From Candidatus Dojkabacteria bacterium (lineage in GTDB: Bacteria; Patescibacteriota; Dojkabacteria; JAOAGR01), in contig JAOAGR010000008.1 in NCBI GenBank assembly GCA_026415655.1, positions 551-64,550 of the forward strand: a DNA stretch of 64,000 nt, given 5' to 3'. Below the pieces are notes generated by a model. The model was not told where the DNA came from and did not search any database. It worked only from the letters and a program-made list of their open reading frames with translations. The translations under genes were made by a program, and so were the position numbers. Shown here piece after piece: positions 29,182-39,801 of this stretch (within the stretch, counting starts at the first letter, position 1; each line of letters begins with the position of its first letter).

Positions 29182-29955
29182 TTAATTTATGCTTGACAAC
29201 ACCGCGGAAATATCATCAAACATTGTACCGGTTAAAGATTTCATCTTGCTTTGTTCAGGTAAAGAAACTTCAATATATAATCTATTTTTTTGATTTAACG
29301 GTATTATCGCTCCACCATTAATCAGAATTTTATTTATATATCCCTGCTCATTCTTACACAATGTCAAATCGTAATTTTTTCTCAATATTTCAATACCTTT
29401 TTCATAAGTAGATCTATTACAAAAACCGTAACCCGAAGGAGCAGGATTCCCATTTTGATCCAAAGAAGACACTATGCTAATTTTATAATTATCAGTTTTT
29501 GAAGCTAACTCTATATAATAACAGGTACTTTCACCACAGGATTGAATTTCTTTCTTAGTGACATCAAATTTTTTATCTGAATAATTTAATGATAAAACAG
29601 GAGTTTCTAATTTTTTAATATTATCATTCACATCATTCACATTTGATTGTGTAGGACTTGGTCTAAATGTTGGCGTAGGGGTATTAGTCACATCATTTTC
29701 TTGATTAGAATCAGTTTCTATATTTTCTAATCCATCATTTTCACTGTCCTTATTACTTTGATTAATATTATCAATTCCCGATTTATTCGATGATAAATTT
29801 GCCTCACTGCTTGAATTGGTAAAATCAGAATTATTAGTAGAACTACTATTTGATCCTCTTGTGATTACGAGATAAACAGCAACAATCGAAATGACGAAAA
29901 CAAAGATTAGTATACTTGCAGTAATTAATACTAGGCGAATATCTATATTTTTCAT
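29182..29955 (-). CDS. Hypothetical membrane-anchored or secreted protein with an S/N-rich linker
   Basis: 257 aa with an N-terminal TM helix. Low-complexity region followed by a Cys-containing C-terminal domain. Confidence 0.45.
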   Translation of the reverse strand: MKNIDIRLVLITASILIFVFVISIVAVYLVITRGSNSSSTNNSDFTNSSSEANLSSNKSGIDNINQSNKDSENDGLENIETDSNQENDVTNTPTPTFRPSPTQSNVNDVNDNIKKLETPVLSLNYSDKKFDVTKKEIQSCGESTCYYIELASKTDNYKISIVSSLDQNGNPAPSGYGFCNRSTYEKGIEILRKNYDLTLCKNEQGYINKILINGGAIIPLNQKNRLYIEVSLPEQSKMKSLTGTMFDDISAVLSSIN

Positions 29956-30037
29956 ATAAAATAAATTTTATAATATTTTAAAATTAATGACAAATTTTAC
30001 AAAATAGCAAGAATTCTTATATAATCGTTGCAAGATA

Positions 30038-30114
30038 GGCGATATAGCTCAGCAGGTTAGAGCGGAGGTTTCATAAACCTCAGGTCACTGGTTCAAGTCC
30101 AGTTATCGCCACCA
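30038..30114 (+). tRNA. tRNA with anticodon CAU (elongator Met or lysidine-modified Ile2; not the initiator)
   Basis: GGCGATA acceptor, anticodon loop TTCATAA, TTCAAGT T-loop, encoded CCA. Confidence 0.8.
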
Positions 30115-30127
30115 AAATTTTTATATT

Positions 30128-30838
30128 TCATATTTTCAAGATATTTAGTATTAAAAAAAATATTCCAAAATATACAAAAATATAGGCTGCTGTTGGTGAA
30201 AGTGTTTTATTAAATTCGTTTTTAGCAGAGAAGATTATTAATATGTTAAAGAAAAATGTAATTAAAAACCAAGCTATATAGTTTTGTAAAGGTACAGTAT
30301 CTTCATTCCAATACCAAAAACCAAGATCTATGGCTACCGGTTCCAATACTATATCAAAAATAACTGCAAAAACTGCCGATATAAATACCAAAAACAATTT
30401 CGATGTAATAGAACTAAATTCAAATCCTAAATTTTTTAGTACATGATAGGCCAACGACAAGGCTCCCCATGCTACGATAATCCAATTAATTCCTAAGATA
30501 AGTGGAACATTAAAAAGTTTTATACCTAATACATCACCATAGTAGTATGTGCCAAAGATTATCTGTGTCTCTACTCCAAGAACTTCGATGAAAAAGCCTA
30601 AAAAACCAATAAGAAATAAAATAAACAAAAACTTCCAATTTTTCTCTGGAAAAGTTTTAAATATCAATATAATGAAAATTAAAAATATCACCCATGGAGT
30701 GTAAAATACATAACTTCTATCCACAAATTTCATCATTATTACTCCTGATAATAATATAAATGGTACATATGCCACATAATCAGATAATAAAATAATCCTA
30801 ATAAGTCTGAAGAATGTCCAGAATGCTTTTTGTAACAT
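30128..30838 (-). CDS. Hypothetical integral membrane protein (6-7 TM helices)
   Basis: 236-aa polytopic protein. No catalytic motif recognised. Confidence 0.45.
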   Translation of the reverse strand: MLQKAFWTFFRLIRIILLSDYVAYVPFILLSGVIMMKFVDRSYVFYTPWVIFLIFIILIFKTFPEKNWKFLFILFLIGFLGFFIEVLGVETQIIFGTYYYGDVLGIKLFNVPLILGINWIIVAWGALSLAYHVLKNLGFEFSSITSKLFLVFISAVFAVIFDIVLEPVAIDLGFWYWNEDTVPLQNYIAWFLITFFFNILIIFSAKNEFNKTLSPTAAYIFVYFGIFFLILNILKI

Positions 30839-30894
30839 AATAACAAACTCATATTATCATAAATTATTGATTCAATATATGGTAGAATTATTAT

Positions 30895-31545
30895 ATGAAG
30901 CAGATGGCCTTCGTATTTGGCCCGAATGGATCTGGTAAAGGTACTTTATGTCAAAATATAGAGTCGGAAATTAAATTTTTGCATATTAATCTTGGTAAAC
31001 TAGTACGTGATTATATAACAAGAAATAATCGAACTGACCTTGCTGCAACTATTAATCGTGGTAATTTCATAAATGACGAAATTATTAGTGAAATCATATT
31101 TACTCATAAAATAATACAAAATATAGAGTTCAGCCCTTACAAAGGCATCTTATTTGAGGGATTTCCACGTCAATTATCACAAATCGAAATCCTAAAGAGA
31201 TTAATAAAATATAAAGCAATTGAACCTTTGTTCTATATTGAATTAGTAATAGATTTGGAAACCATTATCAATCGCGTAAAATATAGGGTCATCGCACCCG
31301 ATGGTAAAACATATAACCTTATGTATAACCCACCGCCCAAAGAAATACCAGAAGAACTGTTACAGAAACGAGAAGATGATGATTTATCAGTGGTTAAATA
31401 CAGATATGAAAAATATCAAAAATTGACAAAACCTTGTCTAGATGATTCTTTTTTTATTAAATTACCCAAACTCACAATCGACGCAAGACAATCCATTGAG
31501 GATATACAAAATCAAGCTTTAGAATTCATCCAACGAATAACTTAG
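30895..31545 (+). CDS. adk: Adenylate kinase (short lid, no zinc cysteines)
   Basis: P-loop GPNGSGKGT. GILFEGFPRQLSQ matches GFLLDGFPRT. The lid segment PDGKTYNLMYNPPPKE...REDDD matches GRVYHVKFNPPK...RKDD. Confidence 0.7.
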   Translation: MKQMAFVFGPNGSGKGTLCQNIESEIKFLHINLGKLVRDYITRNNRTDLAATINRGNFINDEIISEIIFTHKIIQNIEFSPYKGILFEGFPRQLSQIEILKRLIKYKAIEPLFYIELVIDLETIINRVKYRVIAPDGKTYNLMYNPPPKEIPEELLQKREDDDLSVVKYRYEKYQKLTKPCLDDSFFIKLPKLTIDARQSIEDIQNQALEFIQRIT

Positions 31546-31549
31546 AAAA

Positions 31550-32386
31550 ATGAATAAAATCCATTACCCTAAATTTGATGCAAAATTAACATTTTTAGGA
31601 GGTCAAACATTGACTTGGGAAGAGGAGTTTTATCCAGATAAAACAGTATTTTGGGGATTTTACAGCAAATATATCATACAAATTAAATATGATATAAAGA
31701 AAGAAGTTTTATATTGGCAAACTTATCCACAACAAGATAGATACGATATTATAAAGAAAATATTAAGATTTGACTATTATTTTGAAGATCACAGTAAGCT
31801 AGAGATAGATACACTCATATCAGAGACAAAAAATATAATTCCTTCGCCAATTATAGTATTGGAACAGGAATTCTTGACTACGGCAGTTGCATTTATAATC
31901 TCACAGAACAACAATATAAAAAGAATCAAAAAAATCATAACAAAAGTCAGACACACACTTGGCCAACGAATATTTATAAAAAATAAAGAGTATCACCTCT
32001 TTCCGACACATAACGAATTAGTATCTTTGGTGAATTCGAACAAAATATATGAATATGGTCTTGGATATAGATCTAGCTATTTAATCGACTTTATTAGTAG
32101 GTACAACAATATAAATACTACAGATCCGGTTGAATTAGAAAAACAGCTATTGTCAGTTAAAGGTATTGGGCCAAAAGTGTGCGACTGCATATTGGTTTTT
32201 TCTGGAGTAAAAAAAGATACTACTCCTGTCGATGTATGGACTAAAAGAGGAGTAAAACAATTATTTAACTTTGAAACTAAGAATTATAAGAAAATGCGTT
32301 ATATATTGTCACACAGATTTAAAGATGTAACATACATAGCCGGACAATATATATTTGAGTATGCAAGATTGGCTAAATTACAATAA
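31550..32386 (+). CDS. HhH-GPD DNA glycosylase (Ogg-like N-glycosylase/DNA lyase)
   Basis: LSVKGIGPKVCDCILVFSG...PVDVW matches the Ogg1/AGOG helix-hairpin-helix plus catalytic Asp (LPGVGTKVADCI...PVDVH). Confidence 0.6.
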   Translation: MNKIHYPKFDAKLTFLGGQTLTWEEEFYPDKTVFWGFYSKYIIQIKYDIKKEVLYWQTYPQQDRYDIIKKILRFDYYFEDHSKLEIDTLISETKNIIPSPIIVLEQEFLTTAVAFIISQNNNIKRIKKIITKVRHTLGQRIFIKNKEYHLFPTHNELVSLVNSNKIYEYGLGYRSSYLIDFISRYNNINTTDPVELEKQLLSVKGIGPKVCDCILVFSGVKKDTTPVDVWTKRGVKQLFNFETKNYKKMRYILSHRFKDVTYIAGQYIFEYARLAKLQ

Positions 32387-32411
32387 AGCTTTATAATCTA
32401 TTTAAATTAAT

Positions 32412-33128
32412 ATGACAAACGAAAATAATCCACAAGAGAATAATAACACACAAAGTAATAAAAAATTTAATAAATGGAGATATATTTTTTTTATGTTTCT
32501 TTTAATTATTCTTGTTTTTGCTGAACTAGGATTAATAATCTATGGTCTATGGTATGGATATACTCTTAAAAACCAATATGATGGAGAAATACAATTACTC
32601 AAACAAGAAAACAAAATCCTAAAAGAGGAGAGAAACATTGACGTTGTAGAACTTAGAAAACAAAACGAAGATCTACAGAACCGAATTAAAAAACTAGAAG
32701 AAGAAAAATCAGCATTACAAGAACAATTAATTTTAGCACAAAATGAAATAGAAAGATTAAAACCTAAAAATATAAGAGATTTTGATTATAAAAAACAAAT
32801 TGCGATAAATGAGAGTAGGGGAGATGTATGGCTAAAACCAATTTATGAAGATATAACGAATGATAATGTAATTGATGGAATATTTGCTTATCGAGAAGGT
32901 GCTGATACAGCGAGACTGAATGTATATGTATACAGTTACTTAGATAATCAAAATACACCAACACTTATTTTACGAGCGGAAGGCTATCCAATGGGCAGAA
33001 TTCAATACAATGTAGAAACACGAAGGCTAGATATAATCTACGAAACAGGTGACGCTACCAACCCAAATGTAACAAAGGAAACCTACGAATACTCAAAAGA
33101 ACAGAAACAAATGATTAGAGTCAATTAA
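32412..33128 (+). CDS. Hypothetical membrane-anchored coiled-coil protein
   Basis: Basic N-terminus, one TM helix, a heptad-rich segment (LKQENKILKEE...LQEQLILAQNEIERL), and a C-terminal globular domain. Confidence 0.45.
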   Translation: MTNENNPQENNNTQSNKKFNKWRYIFFMFLLIILVFAELGLIIYGLWYGYTLKNQYDGEIQLLKQENKILKEERNIDVVELRKQNEDLQNRIKKLEEEKSALQEQLILAQNEIERLKPKNIRDFDYKKQIAINESRGDVWLKPIYEDITNDNVIDGIFAYREGADTARLNVYVYSYLDNQNTPTLILRAEGYPMGRIQYNVETRRLDIIYETGDATNPNVTKETYEYSKEQKQMIRVN

Positions 33129-33394
33129 TATTTCATCATCTATCTAGACACTCAAACCAAAGAGAAATTTTTTATTGAATTACTTTGTAATATTTAAGTA
33201 TATTCAGCATGTAATCATCAATACATATTTACGATTTTTATGAAAATTTTTGGTTAAATGTTTTATGACATTAGAAGGTTATAAGAAAAGATAGTTCTTT
33301 AAATAAAGTATTACTCAATTTCTATATAGCAAAATTTATATGAATACAATAAGAAAATTTATACAAATTAAACGAATAAAATTATAAATCGAAT

Positions 33395-34048
33395 TCATTT
33401 AGATTTAAAAAATTCACCCCATCCAGAAATTAATTCTTGATTTTGTAAGGATAGTATTTCAGCCTTAAGCTTGTTTTTCTCTAATTGTATCAATCTATAT
33501 TCAGAACTCAAATAAATGATAGGTATAGCACCTATTAAAAAAGATGAAGAAAGAATAATGAGCATATCTATAAAATCTAATTTGTTTAAAAATACTATTG
33601 AGATAATAGACAAAATTAACGAGATTAAAACAGATATTATGTAAAGTATCCTAGAATGAACGGCGGACAAAAAGAGAAGTATATTTAAATTTAGTAAAAA
33701 GGTAAAGCTTATAGAATAATTATCTAAATATAGCATTATTCCTAATAAGATGAGTTTAGATATCCAAACTATAAATAAAATCTGAATATTATAGTAAGCC
33801 AAAAAAGCAAATAATATCATTGAGGTAAACGAAACAATTATCAAATAAGCAAAAATAGCATTTAAATCCTTAAATACAAAATTGTACTTTATCGAAAATA
33901 ATACAAGATTAATAATTTCAATTATAATTATTTGCAAGATTAACCTTCTTTTAATATACAAAGTACCTTGTCTTTCTTTTTCTTCTAATTGTTTATATTT
34001 AATCAGCAAATCAGAGCTTACTAAACCACAATCTGTTTGATCGTTCAT
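33395..34048 (-). CDS. Hypothetical polytopic membrane protein with a C-terminal coiled-coil
   Basis: 217 aa, about 5 TM helices. Confidence 0.4.
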   Translation of the reverse strand: MNDQTDCGLVSSDLLIKYKQLEEKERQGTLYIKRRLILQIIIIEIINLVLFSIKYNFVFKDLNAIFAYLIIVSFTSMILFAFLAYYNIQILFIVWISKLILLGIMLYLDNYSISFTFLLNLNILLFLSAVHSRILYIISVLISLILSIISIVFLNKLDFIDMLIILSSSFLIGAIPIIYLSSEYRLIQLEKNKLKAEILSLQNQELISGWGEFFKSK

Positions 34049-34077
34049 TAATAGAAATTTTATTAAATTTTAATAAA

Positions 34078-35304
34078 CTATACAAAATTAATTCTATTGA
34101 TAAATTTCTTACCAACTTTGATAATCAGCCCTGATTCAACATTAAAATTAGTATCTTTTATAACATTACCATCTATTTCAACTGCAGATTGCAAAATTAG
34201 TCGTCGTGCTTCACTTCTAGAGCACTTAGCTATAACTGTAACCACATCTACAATGTTATCTCCTTTCCTGATAAAAACCACATCCTCAACATCTTTATAA
34301 TCTTTATTTTGTACTAATTTTTCAAAGTTTTCTGCTGCTTTACGAGCCAAATCCTCACCATGATAAAACTTAACTATTTCATAAGCCATTATTTTCTTGA
34401 AAATCATAGGATTTTCTCCCATCTTCATTCTTTCTTCATATTCCTTAATCTGCCAAAGTGGTATGCGTGTCACATATTCCATATACTGTGTTATCAATTC
34501 ATCAACTACAGACATAAGAGAAAAGTACATCTCATCCGGAGTAGCCATAACGGCAATATAATTTTTTAAGCTTTTACCCATTTTTCTTCCATCACTTCCT
34601 GTGAGTAATTTCAAAATAAATACTATTTGAGGCTTCATACCAAACTCAGACATTAGATGCCTACCTGCAAGTATGTTGAAAAGCTGATCTGTACCGCCAA
34701 ACTCTATATCATTATTGAGGGCAATAGAATCATACCCCTGCATGAGTGGATATAAAAATTCTGAAAGTCTAATTGGTTTACCTTGTTCGTATCTTAACTT
34801 AAAATTCTCACGCTCTATCATCTGGGCAACAGTAAACTTCTTTGCTAAATTTATTACGTCATTGAAGTTTAGAGGCTTCAACCACTCGGAATTACGGCGA
34901 ATAATAGTCATTTCAGGAATAACTGTCTTGAAGAATTGCTCCATATACGTCTGTAGATCAGCTTCTATGGCTTCCACAGTTCTATCTTCACGCATATCAG
35001 TTTTATCAGAGTGATCACCTACAATAGTAGTAAAATCACCGATAATTAGAGTTAATCTGTGTCCTAACTCCTGAAAATCCCTTATTTTTCTCTGCACAAC
35101 CGCATGTCCTAAATGTATTAAAGGACCCGTAACATCTACTCCTAACTTCAAATGAAGCTGCTTACCAGATTTCAATAAATCAACTAACTCATCAGTATCA
35201 TGTATGATATACACCCCTCGATTTATCAAATCTTGTATCTGTTCATCTGTAGGTACTATAACACCATGACTTGTAGTCGAAGTAGAAGTTATTTGATTCT
35301 GCAT
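34078..35304 (-). CDS. tyrS: Tyrosyl-tRNA synthetase
   Basis: HLGH (LIHLGHAV), KMGKS, and a C-terminal S4-like domain (RRLILQSAVEIDGNVIKD). Confidence 0.9.
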   Translation of the reverse strand: MQNQITSTSTTSHGVIVPTDEQIQDLINRGVYIIHDTDELVDLLKSGKQLHLKLGVDVTGPLIHLGHAVVQRKIRDFQELGHRLTLIIGDFTTIVGDHSDKTDMREDRTVEAIEADLQTYMEQFFKTVIPEMTIIRRNSEWLKPLNFNDVINLAKKFTVAQMIERENFKLRYEQGKPIRLSEFLYPLMQGYDSIALNNDIEFGGTDQLFNILAGRHLMSEFGMKPQIVFILKLLTGSDGRKMGKSLKNYIAVMATPDEMYFSLMSVVDELITQYMEYVTRIPLWQIKEYEERMKMGENPMIFKKIMAYEIVKFYHGEDLARKAAENFEKLVQNKDYKDVEDVVFIRKGDNIVDVVTVIAKCSRSEARRLILQSAVEIDGNVIKDTNFNVESGLIIKVGKKFINRINFV

Positions 35305-35356
35305 AGTTCTAAATTCTACAAAAGCAAGAATTGTTTTTCAAATTTCAATATTCATT

Positions 35357-36145
35357 TCAGACTTGTTTTGCAACAACTATTAATCTATCGGTCCCAATAC
35401 CATTTGGCCAACAAGACATAAGTGTAAGTTTTTTTTCATCAGAATAAGAAAATATAGGCGTTAGATCATTAGCTTTTACAACTTTTGTTTTTTGTACGAT
35501 ATATTTATATTGGATGTCATTGTATTTTATATATATTTCATCATTTACATCTAGCTTGTATAAAAAGGTAAAAGCATTAATTGGCGCCTTAGGATTTGCC
35601 ATAGCAACAATTTCATTAGTGCTATGTCCATATATAAAAGTATTACCAGGCTTATCAGGAAGAGAAGTACCTTGAAAATGTGCCAAGTTATTTTCCAACA
35701 CTTTCATATAAGAATTAGTATCAAAACTATTTACATTTATAACGACCGGCAAATTCTCAAGCTCAAGCTTGGGAATTGTAAGATACATTTTGCCTTTGAT
35801 ATCTGCATACTCAGGAAATGTCTTGGGATCAATATTTATTGTCTTGGCAACATTGTTAATATTCACCGATAAATTTGTTAGATATGCCGAGGAAAAATTA
35901 TTACTACTTTGATAAGCTAAAATTTCCGGAACATTATCTACATCGGCATTTGGTGTCAATAAATAATTAATTAAATTATTTTCTCGCGGTGAAGAATTAC
36001 TAAATAAATATGGATATATTGCAATAAATAATATCGCTAAAATTAAAACTAAAATGATGTAATAAACAAGATTTCTCTTTTTTTTTGTAGCTAATGGTTT
36101 ATTAACAAATTTTATAATCGGTGCTTTTCGCATATATGTTCTCAT
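35357..36145 (-). CDS. Sortase family transpeptidase
   Basis: N-terminal signal-anchor. Catalytic His in FIYGHST, TLxTC motif LTLMSCWP, and the conserved Arg (TDRLIVVA). Confidence 0.7.
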   Translation of the reverse strand: MRTYMRKAPIIKFVNKPLATKKKRNLVYYIILVLILAILFIAIYPYLFSNSSPRENNLINYLLTPNADVDNVPEILAYQSSNNFSSAYLTNLSVNINNVAKTINIDPKTFPEYADIKGKMYLTIPKLELENLPVVINVNSFDTNSYMKVLENNLAHFQGTSLPDKPGNTFIYGHSTNEIVAMANPKAPINAFTFLYKLDVNDEIYIKYNDIQYKYIVQKTKVVKANDLTPIFSYSDEKKLTLMSCWPNGIGTDRLIVVAKQV

Positions 36146-36256
36146 GGGACAGTGTTTTTTCTTTTAATATAGTAAAAATTAATAAACAGATCAACTATTA
36201 ACTTATTTTTTTCCTTGACTGAAAATAAAAGAATACATATTATCAATCTCATAAAT

Positions 36257-38452
36257 ATGAAACTAGTAATTGTAGAATCTCCTTCAAAAAGTAAAACGAT
36301 TAAAAAATATTTAGGAAAAGAATACGAAGTTGTATCGTCTGTAGGACACATCATTGATCTCCCAAAATCCAAAATCGGTGTAGATTTGGAAACCATGGAA
36401 CCACAATATATAGTTATTAGTGGTAAAGAAGATGTTGTAAAAAATCTAAAAAAATATGCAAAGAAATCAGAAGAAGTAATTCTTGCTACGGATCCCGATC
36501 GTGAGGGCGAAGCAATATCTTGGCATATTCAAAATATCATTAAACCAATAAATCCAAATATACATCGTATTACTTTTCACGAAATTACCAAAAAAGCCAT
36601 CATCGAAGCAATACAAAACAAAAAAGATATAAATCTTAACCTTGTAAACGCTCAACAAGCCAGAAGAGTACTAGATCGACTAGTTGGATATACATTATCA
36701 CCGTTATTATGGAAAAAGATAAGATACGGAATATCAGCGGGTAGAGTACAAAGCGTTGCGTTGAGGCTTATTGTAGATAGGGAAGAAGAAAGAGAAAAAT
36801 TTGTTCCAACAGAATACTGGTCAATACTTGTTAGTGTAACAGAAAATCAAAATGCTGAAATTAAAATACTAATTAAAAACAAAAATCAAACCATAAATTC
36901 TGAAAAAGATCAACAAAACTTAGAAAAAGAAAACAAATATTTAATTTTTGAATTAAAAAAATATCAAAATAAAAAATTACATATAAGCACTGAAAAAGAT
37001 GCCCAAAAAATAGCCGAAACTATCAAAAAATATAATATCCTAGAAGTTAAATCAGTAAATACTAAATTAGTCAGACTTTCGCCGCCCGCACCATTTACAA
37101 CATCAACCTTTCAACAAGAAGCCATAAACAAATTAAACCTTAGCGCATCTCAAGCAATGAGGATTGCTCAAAAATTATATGAAAAAGGGTTAATAACATA
37201 CATGCGTACTGACAGTACATCACTTTCATCTGAAGCAATAACAAACATCAGAAAAATTATCAGTCAAAAGTATGGTGAAGACTATGTAAATGAGAAAATT
37301 CGCATTTATAAACACAAGGTAAAAAATGCTCAAGAAGCTCACGAAGCTATAAGACCAACAAATTTTGAAACTACCGAATTGTCAGATGAATTTAATACAA
37401 AAGAGAATCAGGTTTATCAAATGATTTACAAACGAGCACTAGCCTCACAGATGTCCGACGCTATTTATGAACAGAAAACTATTATATGTTCACAAAACAA
37501 TGATGAATTAGAATTTGCAGCCTCTGAAAAAATCTTGAAATTTGCGGGATGGAAAATTTTATATAATGAAAACAACATAAACACTATCTCAAAAACTTTT
37601 CAGGATATAAAAGAAAACGACTCTCTTTTTGTACAAAATATATTGTGTGAACAACATTTTACCGAGCCACCTGCGCGATATACCGAAGCCTCACTAATAA
37701 AAGATTTAGAAAAGTTCGGAATAGGCAGACCAAGTACCTACGCCTCTATATTATCAATAATCACTCAAAGAACTTATGTTAGCAAAGAAGGAAAATATCT
37801 TATTCCGACAGAAATGGGGAAAATGGTAACTAAGTTTTTAAAAGATAATTTTTCAGATATCGTAGATATAAACTTTACAGCAAAAATGGAAGATTCATTA
37901 GACAAAATTTCAATTGGAGAATTAGAATGGAAACCTTATATAAAATCATTCTTTATTCCATTTAGTAGTCTTGTAAAAGAAAAAGAAAATAACATATCGA
38001 AAGAAAACTATACTATTTTGGGAGAATCAGAGGAAATTTGTGATTTATGTGGAGCAAAAATGCTAAAAAAAATAGGTAAATATGGAGTATTTTTATCATG
38101 TTCTAAATTTCCCGAATGTAAAGGTATAAAATCCATAGAACAACAGATTAGTACCAATGAAGAATTCTTCAAAGTCTATAACCCCCCACCGAAAACAGAT
38201 GATGGCAGAGAATTTTTATTAAAAACAGGGCGATTTGGTCCATTTTGGGCTCATCCCGATTATCCCAAAATAAAGGAAATCAAACCATTAGAATACAATC
38301 AAGAATATATTATCAATACATTTGGTGAACCTCCTGTATCTAAAGATGGAAAAACCATGAAATTGGTGAAAGGACGATATGGATATTTCTGGGCACATCC
38401 TGACTATCCCAACATAAAAGAAATAATAAAAATCAAGAGAAAAACAATGTAG
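36257..38452 (+). CDS. topA: DNA topoisomerase I
   Basis: TOPRIM start MKLVIVESPSKSKTIKKYLG, then a catalytic Tyr region, then C-terminal zinc-ribbon repeats (CDLCGAKM...CSKFPECKG). The in-frame upstream ATG at 36215 is less likely to be the start. Confidence 0.9.
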   Translation: MKLVIVESPSKSKTIKKYLGKEYEVVSSVGHIIDLPKSKIGVDLETMEPQYIVISGKEDVVKNLKKYAKKSEEVILATDPDREGEAISWHIQNIIKPINPNIHRITFHEITKKAIIEAIQNKKDINLNLVNAQQARRVLDRLVGYTLSPLLWKKIRYGISAGRVQSVALRLIVDREEEREKFVPTEYWSILVSVTENQNAEIKILIKNKNQTINSEKDQQNLEKENKYLIFELKKYQNKKLHISTEKDAQKIAETIKKYNILEVKSVNTKLVRLSPPAPFTTSTFQQEAINKLNLSASQAMRIAQKLYEKGLITYMRTDSTSLSSEAITNIRKIISQKYGEDYVNEKIRIYKHKVKNAQEAHEAIRPTNFETTELSDEFNTKENQVYQMIYKRALASQMSDAIYEQKTIICSQNNDELEFAASEKILKFAGWKILYNENNINTISKTFQDIKENDSLFVQNILCEQHFTEPPARYTEASLIKDLEKFGIGRPSTYASILSIITQRTYVSKEGKYLIPTEMGKMVTKFLKDNFSDIVDINFTAKMEDSLDKISIGELEWKPYIKSFFIPFSSLVKEKENNISKENYTILGESEEICDLCGAKMLKKIGKYGVFLSCSKFPECKGIKSIEQQISTNEEFFKVYNPPPKTDDGREFLLKTGRFGPFWAHPDYPKIKEIKPLEYNQEYIINTFGEPPVSKDGKTMKLVKGRYGYFWAHPDYPNIKEIIKIKRKTM

Positions 38453-38488
38453 ATTTATTAATATTATCTGTTATAATAGCAAGCATAT

Positions 38489-38671
38489 ATGAAAAGAACT
38501 TGGCAACCCAAAAAAATCAGAAGATTAAGAAAACATGGTTTTTTATCAAGAATGCAGACTGCATCAGGAAGGAAGGTAATAAAAAGACGACGTGCACGAG
38601 GAAGAGATAACCTTACTGTTTCTGATGAGATGAGAAAAATGATGAAGAAACCTACTCATACCATAAGGTAA
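38489..38671 (+). CDS. rpmH: 50S ribosomal protein L34
   Basis: [39 protein letters not shown]. Confidence 0.9.
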   Translation: MKRTWQPKKIRRLRKHGFLSRMQTASGRKVIKRRRARGRDNLTVSDEMRKMMKKPTHTIR

Positions 38672-38672
38672 T

Positions 38673-39041
38673 GTGCCAAAAAAATATTCATTAAAAAAAA
38701 GAAAAGAAATAGAAAATTTGTTTAATGATTGTTCTTTTTTCTCAAATTCTTTCTTTAGAATTGTTTATAAACCAAATAGTGATTTGAAGATACTAATTTC
38801 AATCCCCAAAAGAATACAAAGCAAATCAGTAAGACGTAATAAAATCAAGAGAAGAATAAGACATATTCTATATCCTAAATTAATCAGGTCAAAAATTCTA
38901 AAACCAGGATATTATGGAATTATTGTCAGACAGGACATCTACAACACAGAATTCTCAAAAATAAAAGCAAATTTAATCAATTTATTGATGGAAAATAATT
39001 TATTAGAATATTCACAAAATGTCAAAACATCGTCATTCTAA
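38673..39041 (+). CDS. rnpA: RNase P protein component
   Basis: Basic 122-aa protein immediately after rpmH. The RNR-like basic stretch KIKRRIRHIL is present. Confidence 0.75.
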   Translation: MPKKYSLKKRKEIENLFNDCSFFSNSFFRIVYKPNSDLKILISIPKRIQSKSVRRNKIKRRIRHILYPKLIRSKILKPGYYGIIVRQDIYNTEFSKIKANLINLLMENNLLEYSQNVKTSSF

Positions 39042-39801
39042 TAAGTCTAGCGAACATGATAGTAGTTGGGAACCGGTTGCCAAATGGTATAACAGTTTAA
39101 TTTCTAAACGAACTAGTTATTATCATGAAAAAATTATTATTCCACGTATAATAAAAAAATTAGAAAATAATCCATCACCAAAAATACTAGACCTCGGATG
39201 TGGGAACGGAATTTTAGAAAGAAAAATCAATAAAAATTATCAATACTTAGGTATCGATATTTCTAAAACATTAATTAACTTTGCTGAAAAATATAAAAAA
39301 AGTAATAAACATCTATTTAAATGTGCTGATATCACCAGAGAACTGGAAATTCAATCACAATATTTTACTCACGTAATAATGATATTATCCCTACAAAATG
39401 TTGAAAATTTTGATAAAGTTTTTGAAAATGCATCAAAAGCCTTGATATCTGGAGGTAAATTTATAATAGTGATTAATCATCCTTACTTTAGAATACCAAG
39501 ACAAACAATGTGGGGCATAGATGAAAATAAAAAATTACAGTATAGAAGAATAGATATGTATATGAGTCCATTAAAAATACCTGTAGAAATTTATACTGAA
39601 CAAAAACAAAGAACAATAACTTGGTCATATCACAATCCACTTTGCTTATACACAGAATCACTTTACAAGCATAATTTTTTAATTGAAAAAATAGAAGAGT
39701 GGATTTCAGATAAACATAGTGTTGGAAAAAATAGCAAAATGGAGAACAGAGCAAGAAAAGAATTTCCCATGTTTATGTGTCTCAATTGCGTAAAAAAATA
39801 A
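39019..39801 (+). CDS. Class I SAM-dependent methyltransferase
   Basis: Motif I ILDLGCGNGIL, then an acidic post-I residue and a Rossmann-like layout. Confidence 0.65.
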   Translation: MSKHRHSNKSSEHDSSWEPVAKWYNSLISKRTSYYHEKIIIPRIIKKLENNPSPKILDLGCGNGILERKINKNYQYLGIDISKTLINFAEKYKKSNKHLFKCADITRELEIQSQYFTHVIMILSLQNVENFDKVFENASKALISGGKFIIVINHPYFRIPRQTMWGIDENKKLQYRRIDMYMSPLKIPVEIYTEQKQRTITWSYHNPLCLYTESLYKHNFLIEKIEEWISDKHSVGKNSKMENRARKEFPMFMCLNCVKK

